Part shown: piece by piece, positions 9,552 to 19,602 of the stretch | Position numbering within the stretch: position 1 is the stretch's first letter | How the letters are laid out: each line of letters begins with the position of its first letter | Source of the DNA: a bacterium | GTDB lineage: Bacteria; Zhuqueibacterota; Zhuqueibacteria; Zhuqueibacterales; Zhuqueibacteraceae | Direction of reading: 5' to 3' | DNA length: 50,031 nucleotides | Assembly (NCBI GenBank): GCA_044869275.1 | Contig: JBIOXB010000033.1 | Span: 1 to 50,031 of the forward strand | Position numbers and translations under genes: made by a program | The notes under the pieces: model-generated | Databases searched by the model: none | Seen by the model: the letters and a program-made list of their open reading frames with translations, nothing else | Told to the model about the DNA's origin: nothing

Positions 9552-9824
9552 ATGGACGCTGAAAAACAAAAAACCGTCAAGAGACATTTCTTATTGGTTG
9601 CCATTGGCACGATTGGCGTGCTCACCTTATTGTCACTGGCGGCGCCGTTCGACGCCGGCGCGCCGAAAATGCCCAAAGATGAAACGCATCAAAAATCGCA
9701 AAAGGTTGCAGAATGCCTAAATTGTCATCGCCACGACGCGACGGCCGCTCGAAAGGAAACTTCACCCAAGCCCATGCGTCACGAGATACGGGCAAATTGC
9801 ACGTTTTGTCACGCGCAGAAGTAA
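9552..9824 (+). CDS. Small exported diheme cytochrome c
   Basis: Signal-like hydrophobic N-terminus, CLNCH and CTFCH heme motifs, extra His residues. Confidence 0.8.
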   Translation: MDAEKQKTVKRHFLLVAIGTIGVLTLLSLAAPFDAGAPKMPKDETHQKSQKVAECLNCHRHDATAARKETSPKPMRHEIRANCTFCHAQK

Positions 9825-9889
9825 AAGCGAACCACGCGAATGCCAAGCTCTTCCCGGCCGCGACCGATCAACGCCAGGCCCCGGCGGCT

Positions 9890-10444
9890 TTGGCGCCGTT
9901 GGTCCATCAAATGCTGTTGGAGCTGGGAGAAGACCCAGAGCGCGAAGGTTTGCTGCGCACGCCCAAACGCGTGGCGGGGGCGCTGACTTTCCTCACGGCC
10001 GGTTATCATGCCGACGTGTTGAAAATCTTGAACAATGCCTTGTTTGAAGAAAACATCAACGAGATGGTGATCGTCAAAGACATCGATTTTTACAGCCTGT
10101 GCGAGCACCATCTCTTGCCGTTCTACGGCAAATGCCACGTGGCCTACGTGCCCAACGGCCGGGTCGTGGGCTTGAGCAAAATCCCGCGCATCGTCGATGT
10201 GTTCGCGCGGCGTTTGCAAGTGCAGGAGCGCATGACCAGCGAAATCGCGAAAACCTTGATGGAAGTGTTGCGGCCCGCGGGCGTGGCGGTGGTGACGGAA
10301 GCGCGGCATCTGTGCATGATGATGCGCGGCGTGCAAAAACAGAATACCGTCGTCACCAACAGCTCGGTCTTGGGAATTTTTCACACCGACCGCGCTTGCC
10401 GTGAGGAGTTCATGCAGCTCATCAGCCACCGGCAGATGGGATGA
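9890..10444 (+). CDS. folE: GTP cyclohydrolase I
   Basis: [36 protein letters not shown] and H.CMMMRGV motifs. Start uncertain: TTG 9890 or ATG 9911; the ORF is open from 9713. Confidence 0.95.
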   Translation: MAPLVHQMLLELGEDPEREGLLRTPKRVAGALTFLTAGYHADVLKILNNALFEENINEMVIVKDIDFYSLCEHHLLPFYGKCHVAYVPNGRVVGLSKIPRIVDVFARRLQVQERMTSEIAKTLMEVLRPAGVAVVTEARHLCMMMRGVQKQNTVVTNSSVLGIFHTDRACREEFMQLISHRQMG

Positions 10445-10451
10445 GTTGCTT

Positions 10452-10527
10452 GAATTGGCAATTGTGAACGAGCAATTGTGAATTATCAATTCGCGATTCA
10501 CAATTGACAATTCACAATCCGTAATCC
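10452..10527. repeat. Degenerate heptamer-repeat inverted repeat
   Basis: caattgtgaat...attcacaattg 11-bp perfect core, extended by roughly 7-nt periodic units. Confidence 0.75.
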
Positions 10528-10548
10528 GCAATTGCATGGAAATCGAAT

Positions 10549-11232
10549 ATGAAGTTGACATTCTGGGGTCATTCTTGTTTTTTGGTCGAAACCGGCACAC
10601 ACCGGGTCGTGATTGATCCCTTCATCACCGGCAATCCCAAGGCGCCGCTTACCGCCGAACAGGTCAAATGCGATTTCATTTTGGTTTCCCACGGCCACAG
10701 TGATCACCTGGGCGATGCGGTTCAGATTGCCAAGCGTAATCGCGCCACCATCATCGCGAATTATGAAATCGCAACGTATTGCGCCGCGCAAGGTGCAAAC
10801 AGCCACGGTATGCACATCGGTGGCGGACACAACTTCCCCTTCGGGCGCGTGAAGTTGACCATTGCACATCACGGCTCGGGACTGAAAGTCGACAAAGGCT
10901 TCTTGTATCTCGGCAACCCCGCCGGTTTCATCATTACCGCCGCGGGCCAGACCATCTATCATTCCGGCGACACGGGCTTGTTTTTGGACATGCAATTGAT
11001 CGGACAAATGAACAAAATCGACGTGGCGCTGCTGCCGATTGGCGACAATTTCACCATGGGTGTCGAGGACGCGGCGAAAGCCGTGGAATTCTTGCGGCCG
11101 CATACCGTCATTCCCATGCACTACAAAACCTGGGATCTGATCGACGCCGACCCGGAGGTTTTTGCCGGCAAAGTGAAAGCGTTCGGTGTGCAGGCACAAA
11201 TCCTCATGCCGGGGGAGAGCTTTGAGTTTTAG
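10549..11232 (+). CDS. UPF0173 metal-dependent hydrolase (MBL fold)
   Basis: GHSCF, IDPFITGNP, SHGHSDHLGD, YHSGDT, LPIGDNFTMG and IPMHY motifs. Confidence 0.93.
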   Translation: MKLTFWGHSCFLVETGTHRVVIDPFITGNPKAPLTAEQVKCDFILVSHGHSDHLGDAVQIAKRNRATIIANYEIATYCAAQGANSHGMHIGGGHNFPFGRVKLTIAHHGSGLKVDKGFLYLGNPAGFIITAAGQTIYHSGDTGLFLDMQLIGQMNKIDVALLPIGDNFTMGVEDAAKAVEFLRPHTVIPMHYKTWDLIDADPEVFAGKVKAFGVQAQILMPGESFEF

Positions 11233-11285
11233 CCCCGTTCTGTTGCTTTTGCTTTTTGCTGTTTGCCTTTTTCTGTTTGCGTATC

Positions 11286-11768
11286 ATGCCGCATTTTCCC
11301 CTGAATATCCGTCTGATCGTGATCGGCAAAATGCGCGGCTCTATGTTCGAAGCCGCGAGCCGGGAGTATCTCGAACGGTTGCGGCATTATGTTGAAATCG
11401 AAGCGGTTGAAATCAATACCCACCTGGGCAAGGGCAAGCCGGAAGCGCAGGCGAAGGTCGCGGAAGGTCGCGAGCTGAAAGCGTTATGGCGTGCAGACGC
11501 GCGCCAGATTGCTTTGCATGCTGCCGGACGGGAGCTCGACAGCGAAAGTTTTGCGCGCTGGGTCCAGCGTTGGACGCAAACAGGGGTCAGGAAGATCGAT
11601 TTCATTCTGGGAGGCGCCGCGGGCTTGAGCGAGGAGATTTTGCCGGCCGTGCACGAAAGGCTCTCATTGTCGAAACTCACTCTGGCCCACGAATTGGCGC
11701 GCGTGGTGTTGCTGGAACAGCTTTATCGCGCTTGCACAATTTTGCGCCGGGAGAAGTATCATAAGTGA
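11286..11768 (+). CDS. rlmH: 23S rRNA pseudouridine(1915)-N3 methyltransferase
   Basis: F.LGGA.G, LSLSKLTL.HELARVVLLEQLYRA and C-terminal YHK motifs. Confidence 0.93.
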   Translation: MPHFPLNIRLIVIGKMRGSMFEAASREYLERLRHYVEIEAVEINTHLGKGKPEAQAKVAEGRELKALWRADARQIALHAAGRELDSESFARWVQRWTQTGVRKIDFILGGAAGLSEEILPAVHERLSLSKLTLAHELARVVLLEQLYRACTILRREKYHK

Positions 11769-11797
11769 AATACTCCGCCGGATGAAAGGATACTATT

Positions 11798-13036
11798 TTG
11801 CATCACCTCGAAATCAGTGATTCAGCACAACAACCGCAATATTTCCAAAAGGGGTTGGGCCTTAAAGCGGTGGCGCAAGACCAACTGAACCGCCACTACC
11901 ACAGCCGCATCGTGGAATATCTGCGCACGCATGATTTTCAATGGCGCGTGGGCAATTTGCATTTCTTCCTGGCACAGGAATTTGGTTTTTGCTACGGTGT
12001 GGATCGCGCCGTGGAATATGCCTATCAAGCGCGGGAGAAATTTCCCGAGCGCCGCATCTTCTTGACCGGCGAGATCATCCACAATCCCCATGTCAACCAA
12101 CGCATGCTGGAAATGAACATCGGCTTCCTGACCGGCCAGTATAGCAATGGCGTCAGCTATGAAAACCTGCGGCCGGAGGATGTCGTGATTCTGCCGGCCT
12201 TCGGCGTCACCACGGCGGAATTCCAGCGGCTGGCGCAAATCGGCTGCATCATGGTCGACACTACTTGTGGCTCGGTGCTAAATGTCTGGAAGCGCGTGCA
12301 GCAATATGCGCGCGAGGGCTTCACCTCCGTGATTCACGGTAAATATGCCCACGAAGAAACCCGCGCCACCAGCAGCCAGGCTGCAAAATATGACGACGGC
12401 CATTTTCTCGTGGTGCGCGACATGATCGAGACAGAAATGGTTTGCGATTTCATCCTGGGCCGACGCTCCTGCGGCGAGTTCTTGAGGTATTTTCCAGAAG
12501 CGATTTCCCGCGGTTTCGATCCCCTGCGCCATCTCGAAAAAATCGGCGTGGCCAATCAAACCACGATGCTGTCGAGCGAATCGCTCGCCATTGCCGAGTG
12601 CCTCAAACGTGCGATGCTGGAAAAGTACGGTGCGCACAGTCTCGACGGGCACTTCCGCAATTTCGATACCATTTGCAGCGCCACTCAAGACCGGCAGGAC
12701 GCGGTGCTGGCTTTGGTGCAAAAGCAGCAGCTCGATCTCATGCTGGTGATCGGGGGCTACAATAGCAGCAATACCAATCACCTCGTGGAACTGGCGGCGG
12801 AACACACCCGGGCGTATCACATCGACGATGCCGGATGCCTGGCCAGCGCGGACGACATCCGCCACAAGCCGGTGGGAGCATCCGCTGAAATCAATACCCG
12901 CGGCTGGCTGCCGCTTGGCGCGGTAAAAATCGGCCTCACTGCAGGTGCCTCCACGCCCAACAACAAGATCGGCGAAACCGTCGCGCGGCTGGCGCATTTG
13001 CGGGGCTGCGATTTGGAAGAAGGGATGGCACATTGA
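11798..13036 (+). CDS. ispH: 4-hydroxy-3-methylbut-2-enyl diphosphate reductase
   Basis: FGFCYGV.RAV, IIHNP, DTTC, H.ET, NQTT, TIC.ATQ.RQ, SSNT and TAGASTP motifs. Confidence 0.95.
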   Translation: MHHLEISDSAQQPQYFQKGLGLKAVAQDQLNRHYHSRIVEYLRTHDFQWRVGNLHFFLAQEFGFCYGVDRAVEYAYQAREKFPERRIFLTGEIIHNPHVNQRMLEMNIGFLTGQYSNGVSYENLRPEDVVILPAFGVTTAEFQRLAQIGCIMVDTTCGSVLNVWKRVQQYAREGFTSVIHGKYAHEETRATSSQAAKYDDGHFLVVRDMIETEMVCDFILGRRSCGEFLRYFPEAISRGFDPLRHLEKIGVANQTTMLSSESLAIAECLKRAMLEKYGAHSLDGHFRNFDTICSATQDRQDAVLALVQKQQLDLMLVIGGYNSSNTNHLVELAAEHTRAYHIDDAGCLASADDIRHKPVGASAEINTRGWLPLGAVKIGLTAGASTPNNKIGETVARLAHLRGCDLEEGMAH

Positions 13037-13039
13037 GAG

Positions 13040-13645
13040 GTGGCTGACTATTTCACGATCGCGCGAGCGTGCGAAGCCGAGCTGCGTGTCAAAGATTCAC
13101 GTTTCATCTCCTGGGTTGCACCTGCGGCCAGCCGCGAGCAAGCCGAAGATTTGATCGCACAACGCAGCCGCAGATTTGCCGGGGCCACACATAATTGTTT
13201 TGCGTGGCGCGTGGGCAGCGGTGCGCAATTGCTTGCCCGCGCTTACGATGCCAACGAACCAGCCGGAACCGCAGGACGGCCGATGCTGCGTGCCCTGGAA
13301 GCGCGCCGCGTGACAAATGTCGCCGCCGTGGTGGCGCGCTATTTCGGCGGCACGAAACTGGGGACAGGCGGTTTGATCCGTGCCTACAGCGGCGCCATGT
13401 TTGCCGTGCTGGACGCGGCCACTCTCCTTTCCTTTTTCGAAACCCTTCGTTTCTCTCTCGTGTATCAATATCCGGATTCCGGTGCGGTGGACAAAGCCAT
13501 GCGCAAGTTCGGCGCAACTGTAATGGAAGAGAAATTCGGCGCCGAAATTCGGCGTGTCATTGAGATTCGAAAGGAACATGAAGTTGATTTTCAGAGAACC
13601 ATTGAAGACCTGAGCGCGGGGAGAGTAGATATTCAAGCGATTTGA
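13040..13645 (+). CDS. yigZ: YigZ/IMPACT family protein
   Basis: K.SRF, ATHNC.AW, EP.GTAGRP and RYFGG.KLGTGGLIRAY motifs. Confidence 0.92.
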   Translation: MADYFTIARACEAELRVKDSRFISWVAPAASREQAEDLIAQRSRRFAGATHNCFAWRVGSGAQLLARAYDANEPAGTAGRPMLRALEARRVTNVAAVVARYFGGTKLGTGGLIRAYSGAMFAVLDAATLLSFFETLRFSLVYQYPDSGAVDKAMRKFGATVMEEKFGAEIRRVIEIRKEHEVDFQRTIEDLSAGRVDIQAI

Positions 13646-13965
13646 GCGCCCGCGAGTCGAGATATCGAATTGCTCGCCTTTCTTCTGCCTTCCATTCAAA
13701 TGCCCTGAGCTCGATCCTGCTGGCGAGAGATTTTGCCATAAGGCCATGAGTTCCAGCTATTTCGTTATGCCTGAAACCCTTCAGGTTTTGCACTCTGGTA
13801 TAGTATTATAAGACCAATAAATTCAATATATTGTATTAGTGATATTTTATTGCTGCATATCCCTCCAAGTCTTTTTTTGTGCAACCGGGATTTTTTTTTG
13901 TAGAAATAGGTAACTGGAAAATCGCCAGATACATGCCTACTTTTCAACTCTTCGCAACGAAATCA

Positions 13966-13994
13966 TTGCTATTCACCAAACCGCATATTATATT
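13966..13994 (+). promoter_or_regulatory. Putative sigma70 promoter for the C39-like gene
   Basis: TTGCTA-17 nt-TATATT in an AT-rich intergenic region. Confidence 0.5.
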
Positions 13995-14184
13995 CGGCTC
14001 GTTCGTTGGCAGAGTTAAAGCAAGAGCGTGTATGTTTTAAATGTTTATTTTTAATTGCTTTGAGTTGTATTATCCTGCCAGAATCAAGCGGTTCCTTATG
14101 TCCACCTGACATAAGTTCATAAAACTAGAATCCAACTTGTTCGGCTCAACATACAATTCTGTTGAGTGAACCGGAGAAACGAAA

Positions 14185-15027
14185 ATGGCGTTCGCCATTC
14201 AGCCTGACGAATATAGCTGCGGCCCGACATGTGTCTTTAATGCCCTGCTGCTGTTAGGAAATGCGGACATCACGATGAGCCGCATCAAGCGTGCTTGCGG
14301 AACACGACCGCGCACGGGCACGGATGAGAATGGCCTGCAACGCGGCCTGCGCCGGCTCGGCTACGAGGGCGCGGAGGCGAGCTGGAACCGCAAAAGCCAT
14401 GGCCGCCAAGCGCTGGCATGGCTGCGCGAAGAGCACGGCCAGGGGCATCCGGTTATCATTTGCGTCGATCAATACGAGCACTGGATCTTGGTGGCGGGCT
14501 CAACACAGCGTTCATATTTTATTTTGGATCCCAAAGGCAATCGCCATCGTGCCACCGCTTCGAGCGTGTCGGGAACCAGCATGCTGCAGCGCTGGTGGGG
14601 AATGGATCGCGTCACCAACAATGGCAGTTATTACGCCATTTCCGTGCGGCCGCGCACACAAAGGGCAGAATTGCTGTCGCAACATGCTCTGCCGCTGACC
14701 AATCGCGATGTGCTGGAGCGCATTCGGGAAAGCGCAGTCGATTTGCTGCCGGTTTCAGCTTCGCTGTTGACTACTTTTGGCAGCGTGAAAAATGGCAAGA
14801 AGCTCGAAGGCCTGCTGGAGGAAATTGCGCCCCGCCTCGCCAACCGCAAGGAATTGCTGCATGCGGGGCTGGCGGATGCCGATCTCGACGAGCAGGTGCG
14901 CAACTTCGTGGCGTTCGCGCGCGGCAAGCAATTGCAGTATCGCCCGGCACAACGCGACCGCGCTTTGATCGATTTGACCGCTTTGCTGCTGCTGCACACC
15001 TACCAGGCGCAAGAAGCGCACGTGTGA
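14185..15027 (+). CDS. Stand-alone C39-like cysteine peptidase with helical C-terminal region
   Basis: Q...YSCGP, GT..L, HWILV.G and ILDP motifs. GGAG RBS. Confidence 0.8.
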   Translation: MAFAIQPDEYSCGPTCVFNALLLLGNADITMSRIKRACGTRPRTGTDENGLQRGLRRLGYEGAEASWNRKSHGRQALAWLREEHGQGHPVIICVDQYEHWILVAGSTQRSYFILDPKGNRHRATASSVSGTSMLQRWWGMDRVTNNGSYYAISVRPRTQRAELLSQHALPLTNRDVLERIRESAVDLLPVSASLLTTFGSVKNGKKLEGLLEEIAPRLANRKELLHAGLADADLDEQVRNFVAFARGKQLQYRPAQRDRALIDLTALLLLHTYQAQEAHV

Positions 15028-15070
15028 TCTTCGTTTTAACTTGTTGGTTCGCCCCCGGCGGTCATCTTCT

Positions 15071-15931
15071 TTACTGCAAGAACTCCAGCAAGAGCCGGTT
15101 CACTCTTTCCGGCTCCTCGTGCTGCACCCAATGCGTCGCTTCTTCGATGAACTCCACGCGGCCTTGATCACACAACTCGACGCTCAGGCCCGCCATTTCG
15201 CGTCCCAGAAACCTGTCTTGCGCGCCCCAGATCAATAGAGTAGGAACGACGATACGGCGGCTTTGCAGCCGCTGCGGCGGTTTTTGCAGCAACGCGCGAT
15301 ACCAGTTGATCATGCTCTTCATCGCGCCGGGCTGCGCCCACGCCTGGCGATATGCATCCAAGTCTGCGGGTGAATAAGTCTGGGGGCGGCTCGAGTGTCG
15401 CAGCGCGAGCATGCCGAGCTTCCATTTCCAGGCGCGGGTGCAGGCCTCGGGCAGCAGGGGAATCTGAAAGAAAAGAAAATACCAGCTTTTGCGCCATTGC
15501 GCCCGTTTCTGCCGCAATTGGCGCTTCATGACGGCGTGATGCGGCGAGTTCAAAATCACCAATCTCTCGATCTTTTCCGGATATTTGTTGGCGATCCACC
15601 ATGCGATCGTGCCGCCCCAATCGTGCCCGATGAGAAAAACCCGCCCGCGTTTCTCGTGCTCGATCAATCCGATCACATCTTCCGCCAGCTCGTCGAGATT
15701 GTAGGCGGCAATGCCACGCGGTTTGTCGCTGAGATTGTAGCCGCGCTGATCCGGGGCCAGCACGCGAAAGCCCGCCGCCGCCAGCGCCGGAATTTGCCTG
15801 TGCCAGGCATACCAAAATTCCGGAAAGCCGTGCAGCAGAATCACCAGCGGGCCCGTTTTCGGGCCGGCGGCGATCAGGTGCAACCGCACGCCGTTCGTGG
15901 TGAGGAAGAGATTTTCACAGTCGGTGTCCAT
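15071..15931 (-). CDS. Alpha/beta hydrolase, epoxide hydrolase family
   Basis: LHGFPEFWY.W, PDQRGYNLS, GHDWGG, WG..D and HWVQHE motifs. Start 15931 or 16015. Confidence 0.92.
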   Translation of the reverse strand: MDTDCENLFLTTNGVRLHLIAAGPKTGPLVILLHGFPEFWYAWHRQIPALAAAGFRVLAPDQRGYNLSDKPRGIAAYNLDELAEDVIGLIEHEKRGRVFLIGHDWGGTIAWWIANKYPEKIERLVILNSPHHAVMKRQLRQKRAQWRKSWYFLFFQIPLLPEACTRAWKWKLGMLALRHSSRPQTYSPADLDAYRQAWAQPGAMKSMINWYRALLQKPPQRLQSRRIVVPTLLIWGAQDRFLGREMAGLSVELCDQGRVEFIEEATHWVQHEEPERVNRLLLEFLQ

Positions 15932-16126
15932 CCGCGCGGCGATATAATCTTCCACAGACAAGCCTTCTGCAAAAGTGCAAGAAAGAATCCACAGATGCCG
16001 CAGATTCTTGCTCATGAGCGAACTTCAAAAAGAATGCCAGCACCTGCGAAATCTGTGACTGATTCTTTGAAGTTGTGGCGGTAAGCGCTTAACGAAATAA
16101 GCTCAGAATAAAATTCTAAAAGTCTG

Positions 16127-16197
16127 GCTCACGGAAATGAATTCCCACGGAAAAATTCATGTTCTTTAGTTTCCGTGAGCTGTTCCAATTCCGTGCG
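16127..16197. repeat. Imperfect inverted repeat (cacggaa / ttccgtg units)
   Basis: gctcacggaaa...cacggaaa...tttccgtgagc...ttccgtg. Confidence 0.6.
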
Positions 16198-16455
16198 CTT
16201 CAGCTTTGCCGCTCAAAGAGCTTCAGTTTTCAGCTCGTTTGAAAATCCGAGGTAGCCATCTCGTGGCCAATTTCAAAAAAAGGCCATAAGCCCCGGCGCT
16301 CCAGCTTAAAAAGATTCCTCCTGATTGGCAACAAAAAAGAACGCCGCATTTCAACTTGACTCCCAGGACGAGGCAATGTAAATTGCGCCGGGTTTTCAAA
16401 GACAATGATCATGCTCGCCCGGAGACAGCGCGAACTTCATCAGGGAGGAGGAGCA

Positions 16456-19400
16456 GTGTTGCGCGACCATGTTTTGCTGTCATTGATTGCGGCTTTTGCC
16501 TTGAGCCCTCCCTCGGGATACGCCCAATCCCATCCCATACAGATTTTTGATAAATCCTTTGCGCGCACCAGTTCGCAAGCTCTGCTCAGCGTCAAAAATG
16601 ACCTGGTCGCCGTGCAAGTGCGTGCCACGAACGACACTTCCCTCAGTGGCGAAATCAGCTTCGCCGGCGTCTTCAACATGGGCACGGCGGATAATCGCCC
16701 GCTGTCATTCCAATTTCCCCAGGCGCCTTTTTCCTCGCATGTCAATATTCGCGTGGACAACACGATTTATAGCAACGATCCCCGCCGCACCAATAGCAGC
16801 CTGTTGCGCATGACTTCCGCCCGCGTCGTGGGGGATTCCCTCCTCGAATGCTCTTATCAAGCCGGCCCGATTGCCGTGCGGCAGCGCTTGCACCCGCAGA
16901 AATTCAGCGCAACCACCGGCGCGATCTTCATCGAATTTCTCTTGCACAACACCGATCCCACGAACAACCATCAAGCCGGCGTTTTGCTGGAGCTGGACAC
17001 TTTCATCAACGGCAACGACCAAGCGCCCGTGCTCACCAATTTCGGCTACAGCCGTTCCGAGCAAAAGTTCGTCGCGCCGCAAATTCCAGATTTCCTCCAG
17101 GCGTTTCAAATTGGCAATCCCGCGGACTCGACCGGCCTGGTGGCGCAAGGCACGCTGGTGGGTTACGAGGCTGTGCGCCCGGATCAGTTGATCATCGGCG
17201 ATTGGTCGAGATTGTCAACCGTGCCATGGGACTATGAGGTTCCCGCGAGTCCACCACGTTACGACGATAGCGCCGTGATTTTGCGCTGGAACGAACAAAA
17301 TTTGGCCGCGAACCAATCCCGCACCATTGCGACTTATTACGGTCTGGGTGACGTGAGCACGCGTCGCGATGCTGTGAGCGGCTTAACCCTGCATCTGACC
17401 GCGCTGCGCAACCTGGGAGCGGTGCGAGGCCAGCTCACGCCCAATCCCTTCGAGGTGAATTTGCTGGTGTTCAATCGTGTCCACCCCGCGGTCAATGCCG
17501 TGCAAGCACGATTGATTTTGCCGCCGCCACTGGCTCTGGCCAGCGGCGATTTTGCCGTCAAAGCGCTCGCGCCTTCGAATTTGAGCACGACGTTCAACAA
17601 CGGCACCGCGTCTTGGACCGTCGTGGCGCAATGTCCGGCCACGGCGCTCGAGATCCCCATGCGCGTGGAAGTATCGGGCCTGGTGGGCGCCAATTCCGTT
17701 TCCGCTGCGGTGACGCGGCCCCTGTTCCTGCCCTCTTGCGCGCAGACGCAACCGGCTTTCAAGCTGAAGGTGCAGCCGCAGAAAACTGCCGTGCGCCCGA
17801 ATGAGCGCGCGACTTTTCAAATCAGCCTGGAGCCTTTGTTTGGGTTCAATCAAACGGTCACGCTGGCGATCTGGCCGCCTGCTGTTCCCGGCGTCACAAC
17901 TTCTTTGTCGCCGGTGCAAATCACACCGGGTCAGAATGCAACTCTACTCCTGCAAACGGATCAGAATGTGCGGCCCGGCGAGTATCTCTTTTTGATGATC
18001 GGAGAGGGGGGCGGACTGATTGGCAGCGACAGCATCACGGTGCAAGTGCTGGCCGCGGATTTTGGGCCGCCGTACGCGGCCAATTTGAACCCGCCGCGCG
18101 AGGCGCGCCAAGTGCCGTTGCGCGCCAGCATCTTTGTCGACGTGCTCGATGACGATTCCGGCATTGATCCTGTTGCCATTGCCATGACGGTCAATAATCG
18201 CCTGGTGCCATTGCAAATTTCGCCAGTTGCCAAAGGCTATCGCCTGCACTACACGCCGCCGGCGCGCTGGAATGATGATCAGCTCATCCATGTGAAGCTG
18301 CAGGCGCAAGATTTGGCGATTCCGCCCAACGCCTTTGCCGATGAGTATTTCTTCACCACCGTGCGCGACTCGTTGCCGCCGCGCGCACTGAATTTCTCGC
18401 CCGCGCCATTCGCCACCGGCATTTCGCCGCAAACCGAAATCTCACTGCAAATGGAGGATGATTTGACCGGCGTCGATTTTCGTTCATTGCGCTTGCAAAT
18501 CAATGGCATGGCCGTGACGCCGGATTCGTCTCGAATCTCGAACGGTTTTGCGCTGCATTACCGGCTGGTAGGCCAGGCTTTGAGTGGTGACACCGTGCAC
18601 GTGACCATTGCCGGCCAGGACTTGGCGGCACGGCCCAACGCTGCTTCCTTCTCGTATTTCTTTGTGCTGGGGCAGGATCGCCAGCCGCCTTTTGTTGCCA
18701 GCCGAAATCCCGAGCCGGGCGCGGTGAATGTTCCGCCGGAGGAAGAAATTTCTGTGGCAATCGTAGATGTGCAGGCCGGCGTTGATCTGCAAATGTTGAT
18801 CATGGAAGTGAATGGACAGCGGGTTTCGCCACAGATTCTCGGAGATTCGCGTGCGGCTCATTTGAAATACCAGCCCGCAAAGCCGTGGCTTTTCAACGCC
18901 GTGGTCAGCGTCGGCGTACGCGCGCAGGATCTCGCCGTGCCGCCCAACGTCATGCCTCTCGATACTTTCAGCTTCACCATAGCGCCGCCGCGCCCGGATC
19001 TGATTGCCGGTGATTTGCAGGCCGCGGAATTGTTCGCGCTCGGGCGTTCGACGCGGGTCCAAGGAAAAATTCGAGCGCTGGGCGCGGAAGTGAATCAACA
19101 CTTTCAGTTGGAGTTCTTTGGAGACGGCGAGCAGCGGGGTGATACGACGATCACTGCACTGCCATCAGGGGCGGAAATCGAAGTGGAAACACGTTTACGA
19201 TTCGATACTCCTGGCACACATATCGTTGAAATGGTTGTCGACGCCGGCAATGCGATTGTTGAGAGTGATGAAAACAACAACCGCCGCCAATTGGTCGTCA
19301 ATCTTGCTGGTTCTGTGGCCAGCAAGTTGATCGTTCGGCCTAATCCTTTCACTCCCAATGGCGACGGGTACAATGATGCCATTGAGTTTAATTTTTCCGG

Positions 19401-19602
19401 CTTGAATTTAGACAGCCCGAGCTTGCATATTTTCGACGCCAACGGCGTCCCGGTCTGGGTCAATAAGCCCCAAAATGGAAAGATTTATGCTTGGGATGGC
19501 CGCGACGAGGAGGGAAAAGATCTGCAGCCTGGCGTCTACCTTTATACGTTGCTTGATGGCGGCAGCAATGTTGCCAGCGGTTACGTGGTCATTGCGCGTT
19601 GA
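16456..19602 (+). CDS. Large secreted protein: unknown N-domain, Ig-like repeats, CARDB-like domain, CHU_C/T9SS type B-like C-terminus
   Basis: GGAGGAGG RBS plus GTG and a signal peptide. Three D..PP....P...I...D...G.D repeats. PDL...IVESDENNN (CARDB-like). PNPFTPNGDGYND...WDG.D...G.Y.Y. Confidence 0.85.
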   Translation: MLRDHVLLSLIAAFALSPPSGYAQSHPIQIFDKSFARTSSQALLSVKNDLVAVQVRATNDTSLSGEISFAGVFNMGTADNRPLSFQFPQAPFSSHVNIRVDNTIYSNDPRRTNSSLLRMTSARVVGDSLLECSYQAGPIAVRQRLHPQKFSATTGAIFIEFLLHNTDPTNNHQAGVLLELDTFINGNDQAPVLTNFGYSRSEQKFVAPQIPDFLQAFQIGNPADSTGLVAQGTLVGYEAVRPDQLIIGDWSRLSTVPWDYEVPASPPRYDDSAVILRWNEQNLAANQSRTIATYYGLGDVSTRRDAVSGLTLHLTALRNLGAVRGQLTPNPFEVNLLVFNRVHPAVNAVQARLILPPPLALASGDFAVKALAPSNLSTTFNNGTASWTVVAQCPATALEIPMRVEVSGLVGANSVSAAVTRPLFLPSCAQTQPAFKLKVQPQKTAVRPNERATFQISLEPLFGFNQTVTLAIWPPAVPGVTTSLSPVQITPGQNATLLLQTDQNVRPGEYLFLMIGEGGGLIGSDSITVQVLAADFGPPYAANLNPPREARQVPLRASIFVDVLDDDSGIDPVAIAMTVNNRLVPLQISPVAKGYRLHYTPPARWNDDQLIHVKLQAQDLAIPPNAFADEYFFTTVRDSLPPRALNFSPAPFATGISPQTEISLQMEDDLTGVDFRSLRLQINGMAVTPDSSRISNGFALHYRLVGQALSGDTVHVTIAGQDLAARPNAASFSYFFVLGQDRQPPFVASRNPEPGAVNVPPEEEISVAIVDVQAGVDLQMLIMEVNGQRVSPQILGDSRAAHLKYQPAKPWLFNAVVSVGVRAQDLAVPPNVMPLDTFSFTIAPPRPDLIAGDLQAAELFALGRSTRVQGKIRALGAEVNQHFQLEFFGDGEQRGDTTITALPSGAEIEVETRLRFDTPGTHIVEMVVDAGNAIVESDENNNRRQLVVNLAGSVASKLIVRPNPFTPNGDGYNDAIEFNFSGLNLDSPSLHIFDANGVPVWVNKPQNGKIYAWDGRDEEGKDLQPGVYLYTLLDGGSNVASGYVVIAR

